A stretch of 64,000 nt of DNA from Lingula anatina (taxonomy: Eukaryota; Animalia; Brachiopoda), in NCBI GenBank assembly GCA_051362555.1, contig CM120641.1, positions 45,142,401 through 45,206,400 on the forward strand, written 5' to 3'. The notes under the pieces were generated by a model, which saw only the letters and a program-made list of their open reading frames with translations, was not told where the DNA came from and did not search any database. Numbering within the stretch: the first letter of the stretch is position 1; the number at the start of each line of letters is the position of its first letter. Of the stretch, positions 12,780-23,189 are shown piece after piece. The position numbers and the translations under genes are program-made.

Positions 12780-13800
12780 AAATAACATTTCTCATGAAAA
12801 CTCTTTCTACAATACTGCCAGTGTGGATCATTTCATGTCATGTACAGTACATCTACTATTGACACAAACTCTACACAATACTGGCATCTGAATGATGAAC
12901 TGGGGTTTCTCCAGTGACTCAGTGAGTGTAAGTTTTTTCATGCCTTAGACCCCATTCCCACAGATTTTAGATCTATCCCTGTGAGGAGTCTCACTAGATT
13001 ACTGTCAGCTTAGCCGGCTTAAATGTCTGTCCCGCCTACGAAAAGCTGTAAGGGGGTAATTAACTACCGTGCGTGTTCGGCTGACAGCAATTTAGCGTGA
13101 ACCCCCAGGGAGTTAGATCGATCTAGATGGATCGATCTAAATCTATGGCAATGCAGTCTTATTCTTTTACTCAATAAAACTTTTTTCACAGTATGGCATT
13201 TGAACAAATTTTCTCCAGTGTGGGTCCTTTCATGTTGTGTACATTTATTTCTTAAATTAAAACTTTTTCCACAGTAGGGTAATGACCTGTTCATTTCAAA
13301 GAGAAAAATTACCATTTTTTCTGATGCATAACTTTGGGATCATTAAAAAAATAATTTTTCTTGTAGCGTTTTGGTGCTTCTCCTGTATAAAATACAGCTA
13401 CTAAGTAGTCTGCTTTTCAATTGTGTTGCTATCAATAAATAGGAGTGTTCTGATTAAAAAAATATTACTTAAAAAAATTAATAGCTGTTTTTATAAAATG
13501 CACAATTTTCCTGTTGAAACGATTGCTGTACTGGCAAATGCATAGTTTTTTCCCTCTGGTGTGGGTCATTTCATGTTGTTTACAAATTCTTTTCTCATAA
13601 AAACACTTTTCACTCTACTGGCATTTGAATGGTCCTCCAGTGTGCATCATTTCATGATGTTAACATTTACTTTTCTAATTAAAACGCTTTATACAATAGT
13701 GTCTTTTAAATAACTTTTCCCTGGTGGAAGTCATTTCAAGCAGTGTACAATCATGTAATATTGACAATAAAACTCTTTATTCAATACTGGCATTTGAATT
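12780..13800 (-). pseudogene. Decayed zinc-finger array relic, interrupted by a MITE
   Basis: Repeated CAATACTGGCATTTGAA and CCAGTGTGGGTCCTTTCATG motifs as in the intact arrays. Partial frame KCTQHERTHTGENLFKCH, with frameshifts and stops. Confidence 0.75.
12948..13158. mobile_element. PIF/Harbinger (Tourist-like) MITE
   Basis: TTA duplicated at 12945-12947 and 13159-13161. Imperfect TIRs GACCCCATTCCCA and TGGCAATGCAGTC. Close copy at 39314-39527. Confidence 0.8.
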
Positions 13801-14136
13801 AAAGGTATACTGTTTGTAAATAATCCATATTTCACAATAAACCCAATGTACTGTAGACAGCTCATAGAAATATACTAAATTCCATTTTATCACCAAAAAA
13901 CTGTGGTTAATGCAATTATTCTCGAATTTGTGCCATCACATCACATAATCTCCATAGATGGCTACACTCTGTAGTAATCTCTTAAGAGAATATTACAGAA
14001 AACCAAACTTTTTAGAAAAAAACAGGGACTAACTTTAAATGTGGGAATGAATTCATTAACCATTGGTAGTATGGGAAAAGTGTCCTTTACCCTAGGAAAA
14101 TCCATTTTTTGGCCAAAATGAACAGTTTCTATCCCT

Positions 14137-15897
14137 TCAATAAGTCTTTTCCAATAAAGTTCTCTCATGCTGTTTTTCTCCAGTGTGGATCCTTTCATGC
14201 TGTTTACAGTTACTTTTCTTAATAAAAGACTTTGAACAAAATTGGCATTGGAATGGTTTTTCTCCGGTGTGGGTCCTTTCATGTTCTATACATGCACTTT
14301 TCTCAAAAAAACTGTTTTCACAATACTGGCATTTAAATGGTTTTTCTCCTGTATGTCTCATTTCATGGCGTTTACAGTTATCTTTTGCTCTAAAACTCTT
14401 TTCACAATACTTGCATTTGAATGGTTTTTCTCCAGTGTGGGTCTTTTCGTGTCTTATACAGTTACTTTTTACTCCAAAATTTTTTTCACAATACTTGCAT
14501 TTAAATGGTTTTTCACCAGTGTGAGTTATTTCATGTTGTGTACAATGTGATTTTCCTCTGAAACCTCTTTTACAATACTGGCATTTATATGGTTTTTCAC
14601 CAGTATGAGTTTTTTCATGTAGCATACACTTATTTTTTTCAGTAAAACTCTTTCCACAATACTGGCATTGGAATGAGTTTTCTCCACTGTGAGTTCTTTT
14701 CAGCTGTTTTTCTCTAGTGTGGATCCTTTCATGTTTTTTACAGTAACTTTTGTTATTAAAAGACCTTTGACAATAATGGCATTTGAATGGTTTTTCTCCA
14801 GTGTGGGTTCTTTCATGTTGTTTGCAGTTTCTTTTGTCGTTAAACCTCTTAAAACAATACTGACATTTGAATGGTTTTTCTCCAGTGTGAGTCCTTTCAT
14901 GTTGAATACAGGTGTTTTTGTCAATAAAACTCTTATCACAATACTGGCATTTGAATGGTTTTTCTCCAGTGTGTGTCCTTTCATGTCGAATAAATGACCT
15001 TTTCTCAATAAAACTCTTATCACAATACTGACATTGAAATGTTTTTTCTCCTGTGTGAGTCCTCTCATGTAGAATACATGAATTTTTCTCAATAAAACAC
15101 TTTTCACAATACTGGCATTTGAATGGTTTTTCTCCTGTGTGAGTCCTTTCATGTAGAATACACTTCTTTTTATCAATAAAACTCCTTCCACAATATTGGC
15201 ATGTGAATGGTTTTTCTCCAGTGTGGATCATTTCATGGCGTGCCCAACTGCTTTTGATAGTAAAACTCTTTACACAATACTGGCATTTGAATGTGTTTTC
15301 TCCAGTGTGAGTTTTTGTGTGTCGTTTTTCTCCAGTATGAGATGGAGTTCTTTTATGCTGTTTTTCTCCAGTGTGGATCCTTTCATGTTGTTTACAGGTT
15401 TGTTTCTTATTAAAAAATTTTTCACAATACTGGCATTTAAATGGTTTTTCGCCAGTGTGGGTCCTTTCATGTTGTTTACAATTATTTTTCTCATAAAAGC
15501 TCTTTTCACAATACTGGCATTTAAATGGTTTTTCTCCTGTATGTCTCATTTCATGGCGTTCACAGTTATCTTTTGCTCTAAAACTCTTTTCACAATACTT
15601 GCATTTGAATGGTTTTTCTCCAGTGTGGGTCCTTTCATGTCGTATACAATTACTTTTTACTCCAAAACTCCTTTTACAATACTGGCATTTGAATGCCTTT
15701 ACTCCATTGTGGATCCTTTCACATTGTTTAGATGTACTTTTCTCGCTAAAACGCTTTTCACAATACTGGCATTGGAATGGTTTTTCTCCATTTTGGATCC
15801 TTTCATGTTGTTTACAGTTACTTTTCTTATTTATAGACTTATCACAATTCTGGCACTGGCTTGGGTTTTCACCAGTGTTGATTTTTTTGTGTCGCAT
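14137..15897 (-). CDS. Intronless tandem zinc-finger protein (19 fingers, C2H2-like with Cys at the core Leu position)
   Basis: 586-aa ORF of CxxC...HxxxH repeats with HTGEKPF linkers and no effector domain visible. The ATG lies inside a degenerate finger, and a further finger with a stop codon lies upstream (~16015-16060), so the true start is uncertain. Confidence 0.85.
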   Translation of the reverse strand: MRHKKINTGENPSQCQNCDKSINKKSNCKQHERIQNGEKPFQCQYCEKRFSEKSTSKQCERIHNGVKAFKCQYCKRSFGVKSNCIRHERTHTGEKPFKCKYCEKSFRAKDNCERHEMRHTGEKPFKCQYCEKSFYEKNNCKQHERTHTGEKPFKCQYCEKFFNKKQTCKQHERIHTGEKQHKRTPSHTGEKRHTKTHTGENTFKCQYCVKSFTIKSSWARHEMIHTGEKPFTCQYCGRSFIDKKKCILHERTHTGEKPFKCQYCEKCFIEKNSCILHERTHTGEKTFQCQYCDKSFIEKRSFIRHERTHTGEKPFKCQYCDKSFIDKNTCIQHERTHTGEKPFKCQYCFKRFNDKRNCKQHERTHTGEKPFKCHYCQRSFNNKSYCKKHERIHTREKQLKRTHSGENSFQCQYCGKSFTEKNKCMLHEKTHTGEKPYKCQYCKRGFRGKSHCTQHEITHTGEKPFKCKYCEKNFGVKSNCIRHEKTHTGEKPFKCKYCEKSFRAKDNCKRHEMRHTGEKPFKCQYCENSFFEKSACIEHERTHTGEKPFQCQFCSKSFIKKSNCKQHERIHTGEKQHERTLLEKTY

Positions 15898-16506
15898 ACT
15901 GTAACTTTTGTCTTTGAACTCCTTTAAAGTTATTTTTTGAATTGAGTAATTATATGTTTAACCCAGCAGAATTTGGTAGACAATTCCTTTTATAACATTG
16001 CTATTAGTATAGTGGTGGTTTCTCTTTAGTGTGTGTCCTTTAATGTATTGAGCAGTTGGTTCTGGAAAAAACGATGAAAATCGGTTAAAGTATACAAAAC
16101 AAATGTCGATCCCCATACCATGGCATAGAAAAGTAATTTCTAAAATAATGTAGATTTGTAGGTTGCGATTTGGATGATCTTCTCAGAGGCGAGCAGAAGT
16201 TTATGTGCAGGTTAATGTTGCAACATGGCCAGCGACAAAATCGTTGCTCATGAATATATGCGTCCCTTTCTATTCGTTTTGCTCACTAACGAAATGCACG
16301 TAAAAAGGGAAAATAGTGTTATTCGATACTATGCATGTTCAGGACAGACCAAATCCCAAATAAATAAATAAAATTGCTCACAGAGCTAGACTTGCTTTCT
16401 TAATTCAACAAATATTAACTTCATCTATTTCACTTTTACTAAATACAGATGGCTCATCTCAATTAATTGCCTGATGGAACTGATGTTTAACACACTCTGC
16501 TGCAAT

Positions 16507-16781
16507 CAGTGGCAGATTTAGGGGGTGTCAGGGGGGTCTTGACACCCCCTTCGGTTTCTGAAAGAAATCACACCAATGGTTCCCTCTTGAAATTAGAATT
16601 TTGACGAGCTGAATCATAGTTCTAAACTGCACCAAATGGCACCTTTCGTTCTCTAAAAGACTAATTTGTTGGGGGGCCCTTTCAGCGGGCCAGGAACGGG
16701 GGAGGTGGGGGAAGAGAGTTGGCTTAATTTGCATCTGTGAATCCCCTCCCCCTCCTTCAAATAATCCTGGAGCTGCCCCTG
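16507..16781 (-). mobile_element. hAT-family MITE, full length
   Basis: Perfect 8-bp TSD GCTGCAAT (16499-16506, 16782-16789). Termini CAGTGGCAG and CTGCCCCTG. Confidence 0.85.
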
Positions 16782-16949
16782 GCTGCAATGCATTCCTTTT
16801 TTTTTTTAATGGTATGTTGAATTAAATTTGGTAGTAAGGTTTGTGATACTGATCCTTTTGCTTACAATTACTGCATTATTAATACAAAATAAAACATGAA
16901 AATACATGTAAAATATACTGTATGTACGTGTAATTATAATCATCTACCC

Positions 16950-17225
16950 CATATCAGCAACAATGAATTCCTAGAAAGAGCTGAAAGGGAAGGAGAAGAA
17001 ATTTGCTGAAAACAATTAGAAAGAGGCAGTTAGAGACATATAATGAGGATATGAGGATTGGTCACAGGGAAAAAGCAAAGGAAAGAAAAGCAGAGGAAGA
17101 CCAAGAAATAAGGTTTATTGATGGGTGTGTCCAGTGAAACAATTCTGAGATCATCTGAAGAAAGGAAGTTGTGGAGGTCCATGACAGTCAATGTCCTGCA
17201 AGGACAAGATACCAGATACAAGAGA
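16950..17225 (+). mobile_element. Degenerate 3' fragment of an RTE-clade LINE
   Basis: Frameshifted peptides ISNNEFLERA, LLKTIRKRQL, KSRGRPR and ERKLWRSMTVNVL resemble the C-terminus of RTE ORFs. Confidence 0.65.
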
Positions 17226-17927
17226 CTAGAACTAATATGGATATTATAAAACTGTGTGGGTCCTCAGGTTCATGGGAGTTTTGAAAAAAGACAACTTAGT
17301 GAAAAATTAAAAATTCACACAAAAATTAAAGAACATAAAGTGGATGTAATTATACTGCAAATTTTTCTTTTATTCTTATAAGAGCAGTATTGTATATCTA
17401 AAGAATTTTCTATAATTTTTCAAAGAAAAATGTTACATCAGTTCCTTAAACTTGCTCCCAAATTTTACACGATTATCCATACTCGCTTTTGTCTCTATTA
17501 TTTTAACATCAAACTACATGCTTTTGTTGCCTTCTACTGGCATGCACTACCCTGAGTGTCAGGGCACTGTAAAGCTAGATTGCTCACTATACCTTTTCAT
17601 GTGTTAGATTTACAGTGCTTGCAGTATTGGTGATGTGGGCTATATATGAAATCAAGATCGAGCTGGCAATACCAAAACCTAGAGTATCACGCACTGACTC
17701 AGTTACCAACTTAGTCTTTAGCTTTCAAAAAAAAAAAAAAAACAAAAACAAAAACAAAAATAAAAATAAAGTCTCATCTTTTTTTAGTTTTATTTTCTTT
17801 CAACATGCAGTCATAATTTTTTTTTTCTTTTGACATTCACTCATAAAATAATTTATTTTTTCACTTGATATTATTAGTTGCACCCGAATGTTTGTCATGG
17901 CACATTAAATTCAAGTATTAATTGACA

Positions 17928-19787
17928 TTATACATCTGCATCCGCAAATACATTTCTAAACATTGCCACAGGATATATTTCTGGTCTCACTTTTTGGGCA
18001 ATGTTTTCATTAAATTCCTTTTTGACTATAGCTTCAGAACAGAAATCCCTTTGTTCCTTTGTCCCTGGAGCCGTATCTTCATCCTGAAATTCTATTTTGA
18101 TAGACTGAAGAGAAACCTCAGCTCCATGTGATGCATCGTTTTGACATTCCTTCTTGAAAGACTGTTGAGAAAAACCAGTGTGAATCCTCATTTCCTGTTG
18201 TACACAGTTACTTTTATCATCAAAACTGTTTTCATAATACTGGCACTTGAATGGTTTTTCTCCAATGTGGATTATTTCATGCCGTGTACATGTACTTTGG
18301 TCACCAAAACTTTTGTCACAATACTGGCAATTGAATGGTTTTTCTTCAGTGTGGGTCCTTTCATGTTGAATACACTGTTTTTTGACAATAAAACTCTTTT
18401 CACAATACTGACATTTGAATGGTTTTTCTCCAGTATGAATCTTTTCATGCCGTTTACAGCTATATTTCTCCTTAAAACTCTTTTCACAATACTGGCATCT
18501 GAACAGTTTTTCTCCAGTGTGAGTTCTTTCATGCTTTACACATGTACTTTTGTTAGTAAAACTCTTTACACAATACTGACATCTGAACAGATTTTCTCCA
18601 GTGTGCGTTCTTTCATGCTTTACACATGTATTTTTGTTAGTAAAACTCTTTACACAATACTGACATCTGAACAGATTTTCTCCAGTGTGGGTCATTTCAT
18701 GTTGTTTACAGTTAATTTTCTCATGAAAACACTTAACACAATACTGGCATTTAAAAGGTTTTTCACCAGTGTGGGTCATTTCATGTTGTTTACATTTACA
18801 TTTCTTAATAAAAGTCTTTTCACAATACTGGCATTTGAATGGTTTTTCTCCAGTGTGGGTCCTTTCATGTTGAATACACTTCTTTTTGTCTAAAAAACTC
18901 TTTTCACAATACTGACATTTGAATGGTTTTTCCCCTGTGTGTTTCATTTCATGGCGTTTACAGTTATATTTCTCACAAAAACTCATTTCACAATACTGAC
19001 ATTTGAATGGTCTTTCTCCAGTGTGAATCCTTTCATGTCGTATACGGTCATATTTCTCACTAAAACTTTTGTCACAATAGTGGCATTTGAATGCTTCTCC
19101 AGTGTGGGTCCTTTCATGGTGAATACACTTCTTCTGGTCAATAAAACACTTTTCACAATATTTGCATTTGAATGATTTTTCTCCAGTGTGGATCAATTCA
19201 TGTCGCGTACATCTACTTTTGACACTAAAACCTCTTTTACAATACTGACATTTGAATGGTTTTTCTCCAGTATGGGTTCTTTCATGCCGTATACACGTAC
19301 TTTTGTCAGTAAAAGTCTTTTCACAATACTGACATTTAAATAACTTTTCTCCAGTGTGGGTCCTTTCATGTTGTGTACATCTATTTTTTAAACTAAAACT
19401 CTTGTCACAATACTGGCATTTGAATGGTTTTTCTCCAGTGTGGGTCATTTCATGTTGTTTACAGTTACTTTTCTCATAAAAACGCTTCACACAATACTGG
19501 CATTTGAATGGTTTTTCTCCAGTGTGGGTCATTTCATGGCGTATACAGTTACATTTCTCACTAAATCTCTTTTCACAATACTGGCATTTGAATGGTTTTT
19601 CACCAGTGTGGGTCTTTTTATGGCGTATACAGTTAGTTTTCTCTCTGAAACTCTTTTCACAATACCGACATTTAAATGTTTTTACTACAGTGTGAGTCTT
19701 TTCATGTTGTATAGACCTGTGTGACACTAAATCGCTTTTCACAACTCCTGTATTTGTATAGTTATTCTTTAAATGGGCTAATTCCAT
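17928..19787 (-). CDS. Intronless tandem zinc-finger protein (17 intact + 1 degenerate finger) with acidic C-terminal tail
   Basis: 619-aa ORF with CQYC-x3-F-x5-C-x2-H-x3-H repeats and TGEKPF linkers. The tail carries FKKE, IKIE and VKKE motifs. Confidence 0.9.
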   Translation of the reverse strand: MELAHLKNNYTNTGVVKSDLVSHRSIQHEKTHTVVKTFKCRYCEKSFREKTNCIRHKKTHTGEKPFKCQYCEKRFSEKCNCIRHEMTHTGEKPFKCQYCVKRFYEKSNCKQHEMTHTGEKPFKCQYCDKSFSLKNRCTQHERTHTGEKLFKCQYCEKTFTDKSTCIRHERTHTGEKPFKCQYCKRGFSVKSRCTRHELIHTGEKSFKCKYCEKCFIDQKKCIHHERTHTGEAFKCHYCDKSFSEKYDRIRHERIHTGERPFKCQYCEMSFCEKYNCKRHEMKHTGEKPFKCQYCEKSFLDKKKCIQHERTHTGEKPFKCQYCEKTFIKKCKCKQHEMTHTGEKPFKCQYCVKCFHEKINCKQHEMTHTGENLFRCQYCVKSFTNKNTCVKHERTHTGENLFRCQYCVKSFTNKSTCVKHERTHTGEKLFRCQYCEKSFKEKYSCKRHEKIHTGEKPFKCQYCEKSFIVKKQCIQHERTHTEEKPFNCQYCDKSFGDQSTCTRHEIIHIGEKPFKCQYYENSFDDKSNCVQQEMRIHTGFSQQSFKKECQNDASHGAEVSLQSIKIEFQDEDTAPGTKEQRDFCSEAIVKKEFNENIAQKVRPEIYPVAMFRNVFADADV

Positions 19788-19982
19788 ATTAATCAGTTGG
19801 TTGTGTTCGTTAACCTCTGGAATTTGTATTTGTAAGAAACGTACTGTATTTGCACACCATTTTCACTGGGTGTCAGTTGGCCATGGTGTTGTGATTTAGA
19901 TAATCTTCGTGGAGGCGAGGTGAAGTTATGTGCACGTATATGTTGCGTCCTCACCAGCAATAAAATCGCTGATGATATACAG

Positions 19983-20190
19983 CAGGGCTTTTCCCAGGAT
20001 TGGGGGTACAGACCGCTCAAAATTAGCACCTGTAATTCCTACAAAATATCAGGAGTCCATATGTGCCTAAAGCCCTCATATTTCCAAAATAAATCCATAA
20101 GCCGTCCTGTCGTCTTTGAAAATATAGGCCGGCCGGTGATGCTGGCGGTCGTCCAAATGCAAGCTGGGTGGTTCTCTTGGAAAACCCTTG
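19983..20190. mobile_element. hAT-family MITE (second family)
   Basis: 8-bp TSD ATATACAG (19975-19982, 20191-20198). Imperfect TIRs CAGGGCTTTTCC and GGAAAACCCTTG. Confidence 0.8.
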
Positions 20191-20841
20191 ATATACAGCA
20201 ACGTTGCACTAATCCATCTGGCTTTTTTTCAGTACGAGGCAGTGCAACTTGTTGATAAAAACACCATACAGGTAAAAAGGGTAAAAACCTTATTCGATAT
20301 TCATCTTCAGGACAAGCCACATTCATTGGCGTTGGTTTTTAGCGAAAAAAGATACAACACTTAGAATGACTCATTGAGTATAGTTAGATTTTATTAGTTC
20401 GTCTGAAACCTTAAATATTGACTGTCTTTTGCCAAAGATATTAATAACGTAAAATTTCAACCTTTGCAATGAACTCCTCCTGTAGCATTGGCGCCTGCTT
20501 TGAACATTGCTTTGCATGGCTGGCTGACCTCAACCACTGCAAAGCAAATTCGCTGGACGATTTAAATCTCCTAAGTCTTGGCAGCATAAAAATACCTGTT
20601 GTGTCTGGCACTAGCCTTCTCCGGGTGGCCTCTTGGTGATTTACCATATATGCATGTATCACCATGCATGTGCCCTCCATCCTGCAAACCTTCTGACAGA
20701 CACTCCACATCTGGTGGTTTTCTAGGGAGATATATATATATATATCTTCCTCTCACAGACACAAAATTTATTTTTCCTTCATTTGTGACCGCCCGAACCT
20801 ACACTATGGTAGGAACTTGGCAACCAGAAAGGCGTTATCTG

Positions 20842-21200
20842 AGGGGCAGATCCAAGATTATTTGAAGAGCGGGTCCTCGAAGCGGCGTGGGGTTCGGGCC
20901 CCTAAATATTTTGGTATTTTAGAGGAAGAACAGTGCCATTTGGTACGGTTTAGAACTATGATTCAGCTAGTCAAAATTCTAATTTCAAGAGGGGACCATA
21001 TGGCGTGGGGTTCGGGCCCCTAAATATTTTGGTATTTTAGAGGAAGAACAGTGCCATTTGGTACGGTTTAGAACTATGATTCAGCTAGTCATAATTCTAA
21101 TTTCAAGAGGGGACCATATGGGTGTGATTTTTTTTTTTTCATCAGAAATCGAAGGGGGGGGGGTCAGGACCCCTCTGACACCCCCCTAAATCCGCCCATG
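20842..21200 (+). mobile_element. hAT-like MITE with an internal ~118-bp tandem duplication
   Basis: Same core as the 16507 element. 20884-21001 is repeated almost exactly at 21002-21119. Ends TAAATCCGCCCATG. Confidence 0.75.
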
Positions 21201-22325
21201 CGTTACACGTTAGGTGACACCTCTATAGTGCAGAGGAATCATCTGTGGTTCATGCTGGTCGGAGGCTGGTTACGCGAGCAATAAACAGCTAGTGAATCAC
21301 TCTTTTACGAAAGGTTCCTCCATGTGACATAGCCTACACGTAGCACGTACATTGTTCACATACTATGGGACCATTCCCAGAGACTATCGTACTACTTATG
21401 AAAACATAACCTCCTTGGCGGAGGTAAAAAGCGCCAGTACTTAAGCGATAAATCGTCGTCTTTATCGCAGACTTCATAGAGATGTGAAATTTTAGAATTT
21501 ACGCTGTCTTTGGGTGCATAAATAAGCAAATCAACTTTAGACTAATCAAGATTGATAAGTTGGTTAACGAGTGCGGATTTTATAAAAACAGAGTCAGTAG
21601 GATAATTTATTATTTTTTTCAAATATGTTTACTGAGCAGAGCAACTGATTTTTATGGAAAGTCGGGTTTTCGAAACTTTTTATTTAAGGGGGGGGGGGGG
21701 TCAAATCCAAAGTGTGGGCGATTACAGACTGCGTTTTTTGTCAAACTGTGAGCCATCTGGCATTGGGCTATATTTGAAAAATATTGCGTTGCATACGTAG
21801 CTTAATTCACGGGGCTTACTTTGAAACCAGTTTTGTTACTCTAACTCATTCCTAGTTGGCTCTACAAGGCCAAAAGTGTCTAACTGGGCCAACTAGCCCC
21901 GGTCTCCCCTATAAAGCGGTAACGTATGTATCGATACATAAAAGAGGGAAGTTGTCTTCAAATGATTTGTAAAAATTATTTACATGATACATAGGCTACG
22001 TTACCGATGCATACTTTGCCAAATTGCGTGTAAATTGTTGTTGAAATAAGTTGTTGTCCGTCGGCGCTACTATGTGAGTGCGCGCGGCGTCATGCATATG
22101 CGGGCACGTTTGATTCCACGTTGCACATTCCTCTTTGTTACATTGTCATGCCGATTTTGATATCCATCGATACATAGCCTACATTACCTATGTTTTTAAT
22201 AACTGTAAGCTGTCTCCAACTTCAATGAAATATAGAAATGGGACAAAAAAGTGGGAAGTTGTCTTCAAACGATAGCCTATAGGCCCTACATAGGCCTAGG
22301 CCTCCTACTAGTAGGCCTACGTTAC

Positions 22326-22824
22326 CAGGGGCTGATGCAGGATTTTTGAAAGGGGGGGGGGGGGGGGGGGGGGGGTCCGGAACGACAGGCCTCTGATGCG
22401 AAGCCGACCATTCCCCCATTGATGTGGGGTTCAGGGCCTGCTGAAGGGGGGCCGTAGCAATAGTCCGAAGGTTCAATAGTCCGAAGGTTCATTGGTCCGA
22501 ATATTCACTATAGAACCTTCGGACCAATGAACCCTTGATTAAAAAATCGATGAAAATGTTACCACTTTTCGGACCAATGAACCTTCGGACCAATGAACCT
22601 TCGGACTATCGAGACGCCCCCGCCGAAGGACCCCGAAATTTTTTTTGGTGTTTTGAAGAGCAAACAGTGCTTTCTATAGGCTACAGTTTAGAACTATAGG
22701 CTAATTTAGTTAGTCAAAATTCTAATTTCAAGTGGGGAATAGGCCTAATTGGTGCGATATATTTTTCAGAAACCGAAGGGGGGTCAGGATCCCCTTGACC
22801 CCCCCCCCTTTAAATCCACCACTG
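22326..22824 (+). mobile_element. hAT-like MITE carrying a nested insertion
   Basis: CAGGGGCTGATGCAGG...TAAATCCACCACTG with the family core; interrupted at 22448-22620. Confidence 0.7.
22448..22620. mobile_element. Foldback/Mutator-like non-autonomous element with 15-bp subterminal repeats
   Basis: Repeats of GTCCGAAGGTTCA on the left and their reverse complement on the right; GGGG and CCCC termini; candidate 9-bp TSD TGCTGAAGG / CGCCGAAGG. Second copy at 62963-63096. Confidence 0.7.
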
Positions 22825-23029
22825 TTGACCCCCCACCCCCCACCCCCGACGCGGAATCTATCTGTGTATCGTATCAATGCGGACAATGCATCTGACTGAC
22901 ATATAAACATGGCTAGCGTAGTCTATTAATGATTATTTCGTTTTTCTCTACTTCTATGGTTTTGGCTTCTCTAGGCTACTCCGGCGATGTACAACGGGCG
23001 CCTACCTAGTTGCCGGGTGATGGAATTTC

Positions 23030-23075
23030 AACCAATCAGACTTTGAATTTAGTTGACGTCGTCTGCTTCCGGCTT
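23030..23075 (+). promoter_or_regulatory. Candidate TEX14 proximal promoter
   Basis: CpG-rich patch with CCAATCAGA (~23032), TGACGTC (~23054) and ETS-like CTTCCGG (~23067), 120-160 bp upstream of the ATG. Confidence 0.45.
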
Positions 23076-23189
23076 GGCGCCACCATTAACTTTCCATGTG
23101 TGTGTTTTTGTTGCCAAAATCAAGGTGCTGCAGGCCCCTGTTGCAGGCTTTTAAAAACCTTTTGCCCTAACCATCATTTGCCTAAGCCA

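Noticed and set aside
14183-19724. Long plus-strand ORFs (e.g. 15196-15927, 18141-18893) with repeated hydrophobic FTILAFEWFFSSV peptides
   Set aside because: They are antisense shadows of the 84-bp zinc-finger repeat on the minus strand, with no independent evidence of coding.
14137-19787. Regularly spaced repeat-plus-variable pattern resembling a CRISPR array
   Set aside because: The period is 84 bp in frame with zinc-finger codons, the context is eukaryotic and there are no cas genes.
20200-20830. Minus-strand ORFs 20039-20326 and 20441-20710 as a possible N-terminal effector exon for the zinc-finger gene
   Set aside because: No recognisable domain or convincing splice path, and one ORF runs into a MITE.
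23165-23172. CCCTAACC as a possible telomerase RNA template
   Set aside because: Too short, lies in the TEX14 5'UTR, and no pseudoknot or CR4/5 structure is evident.
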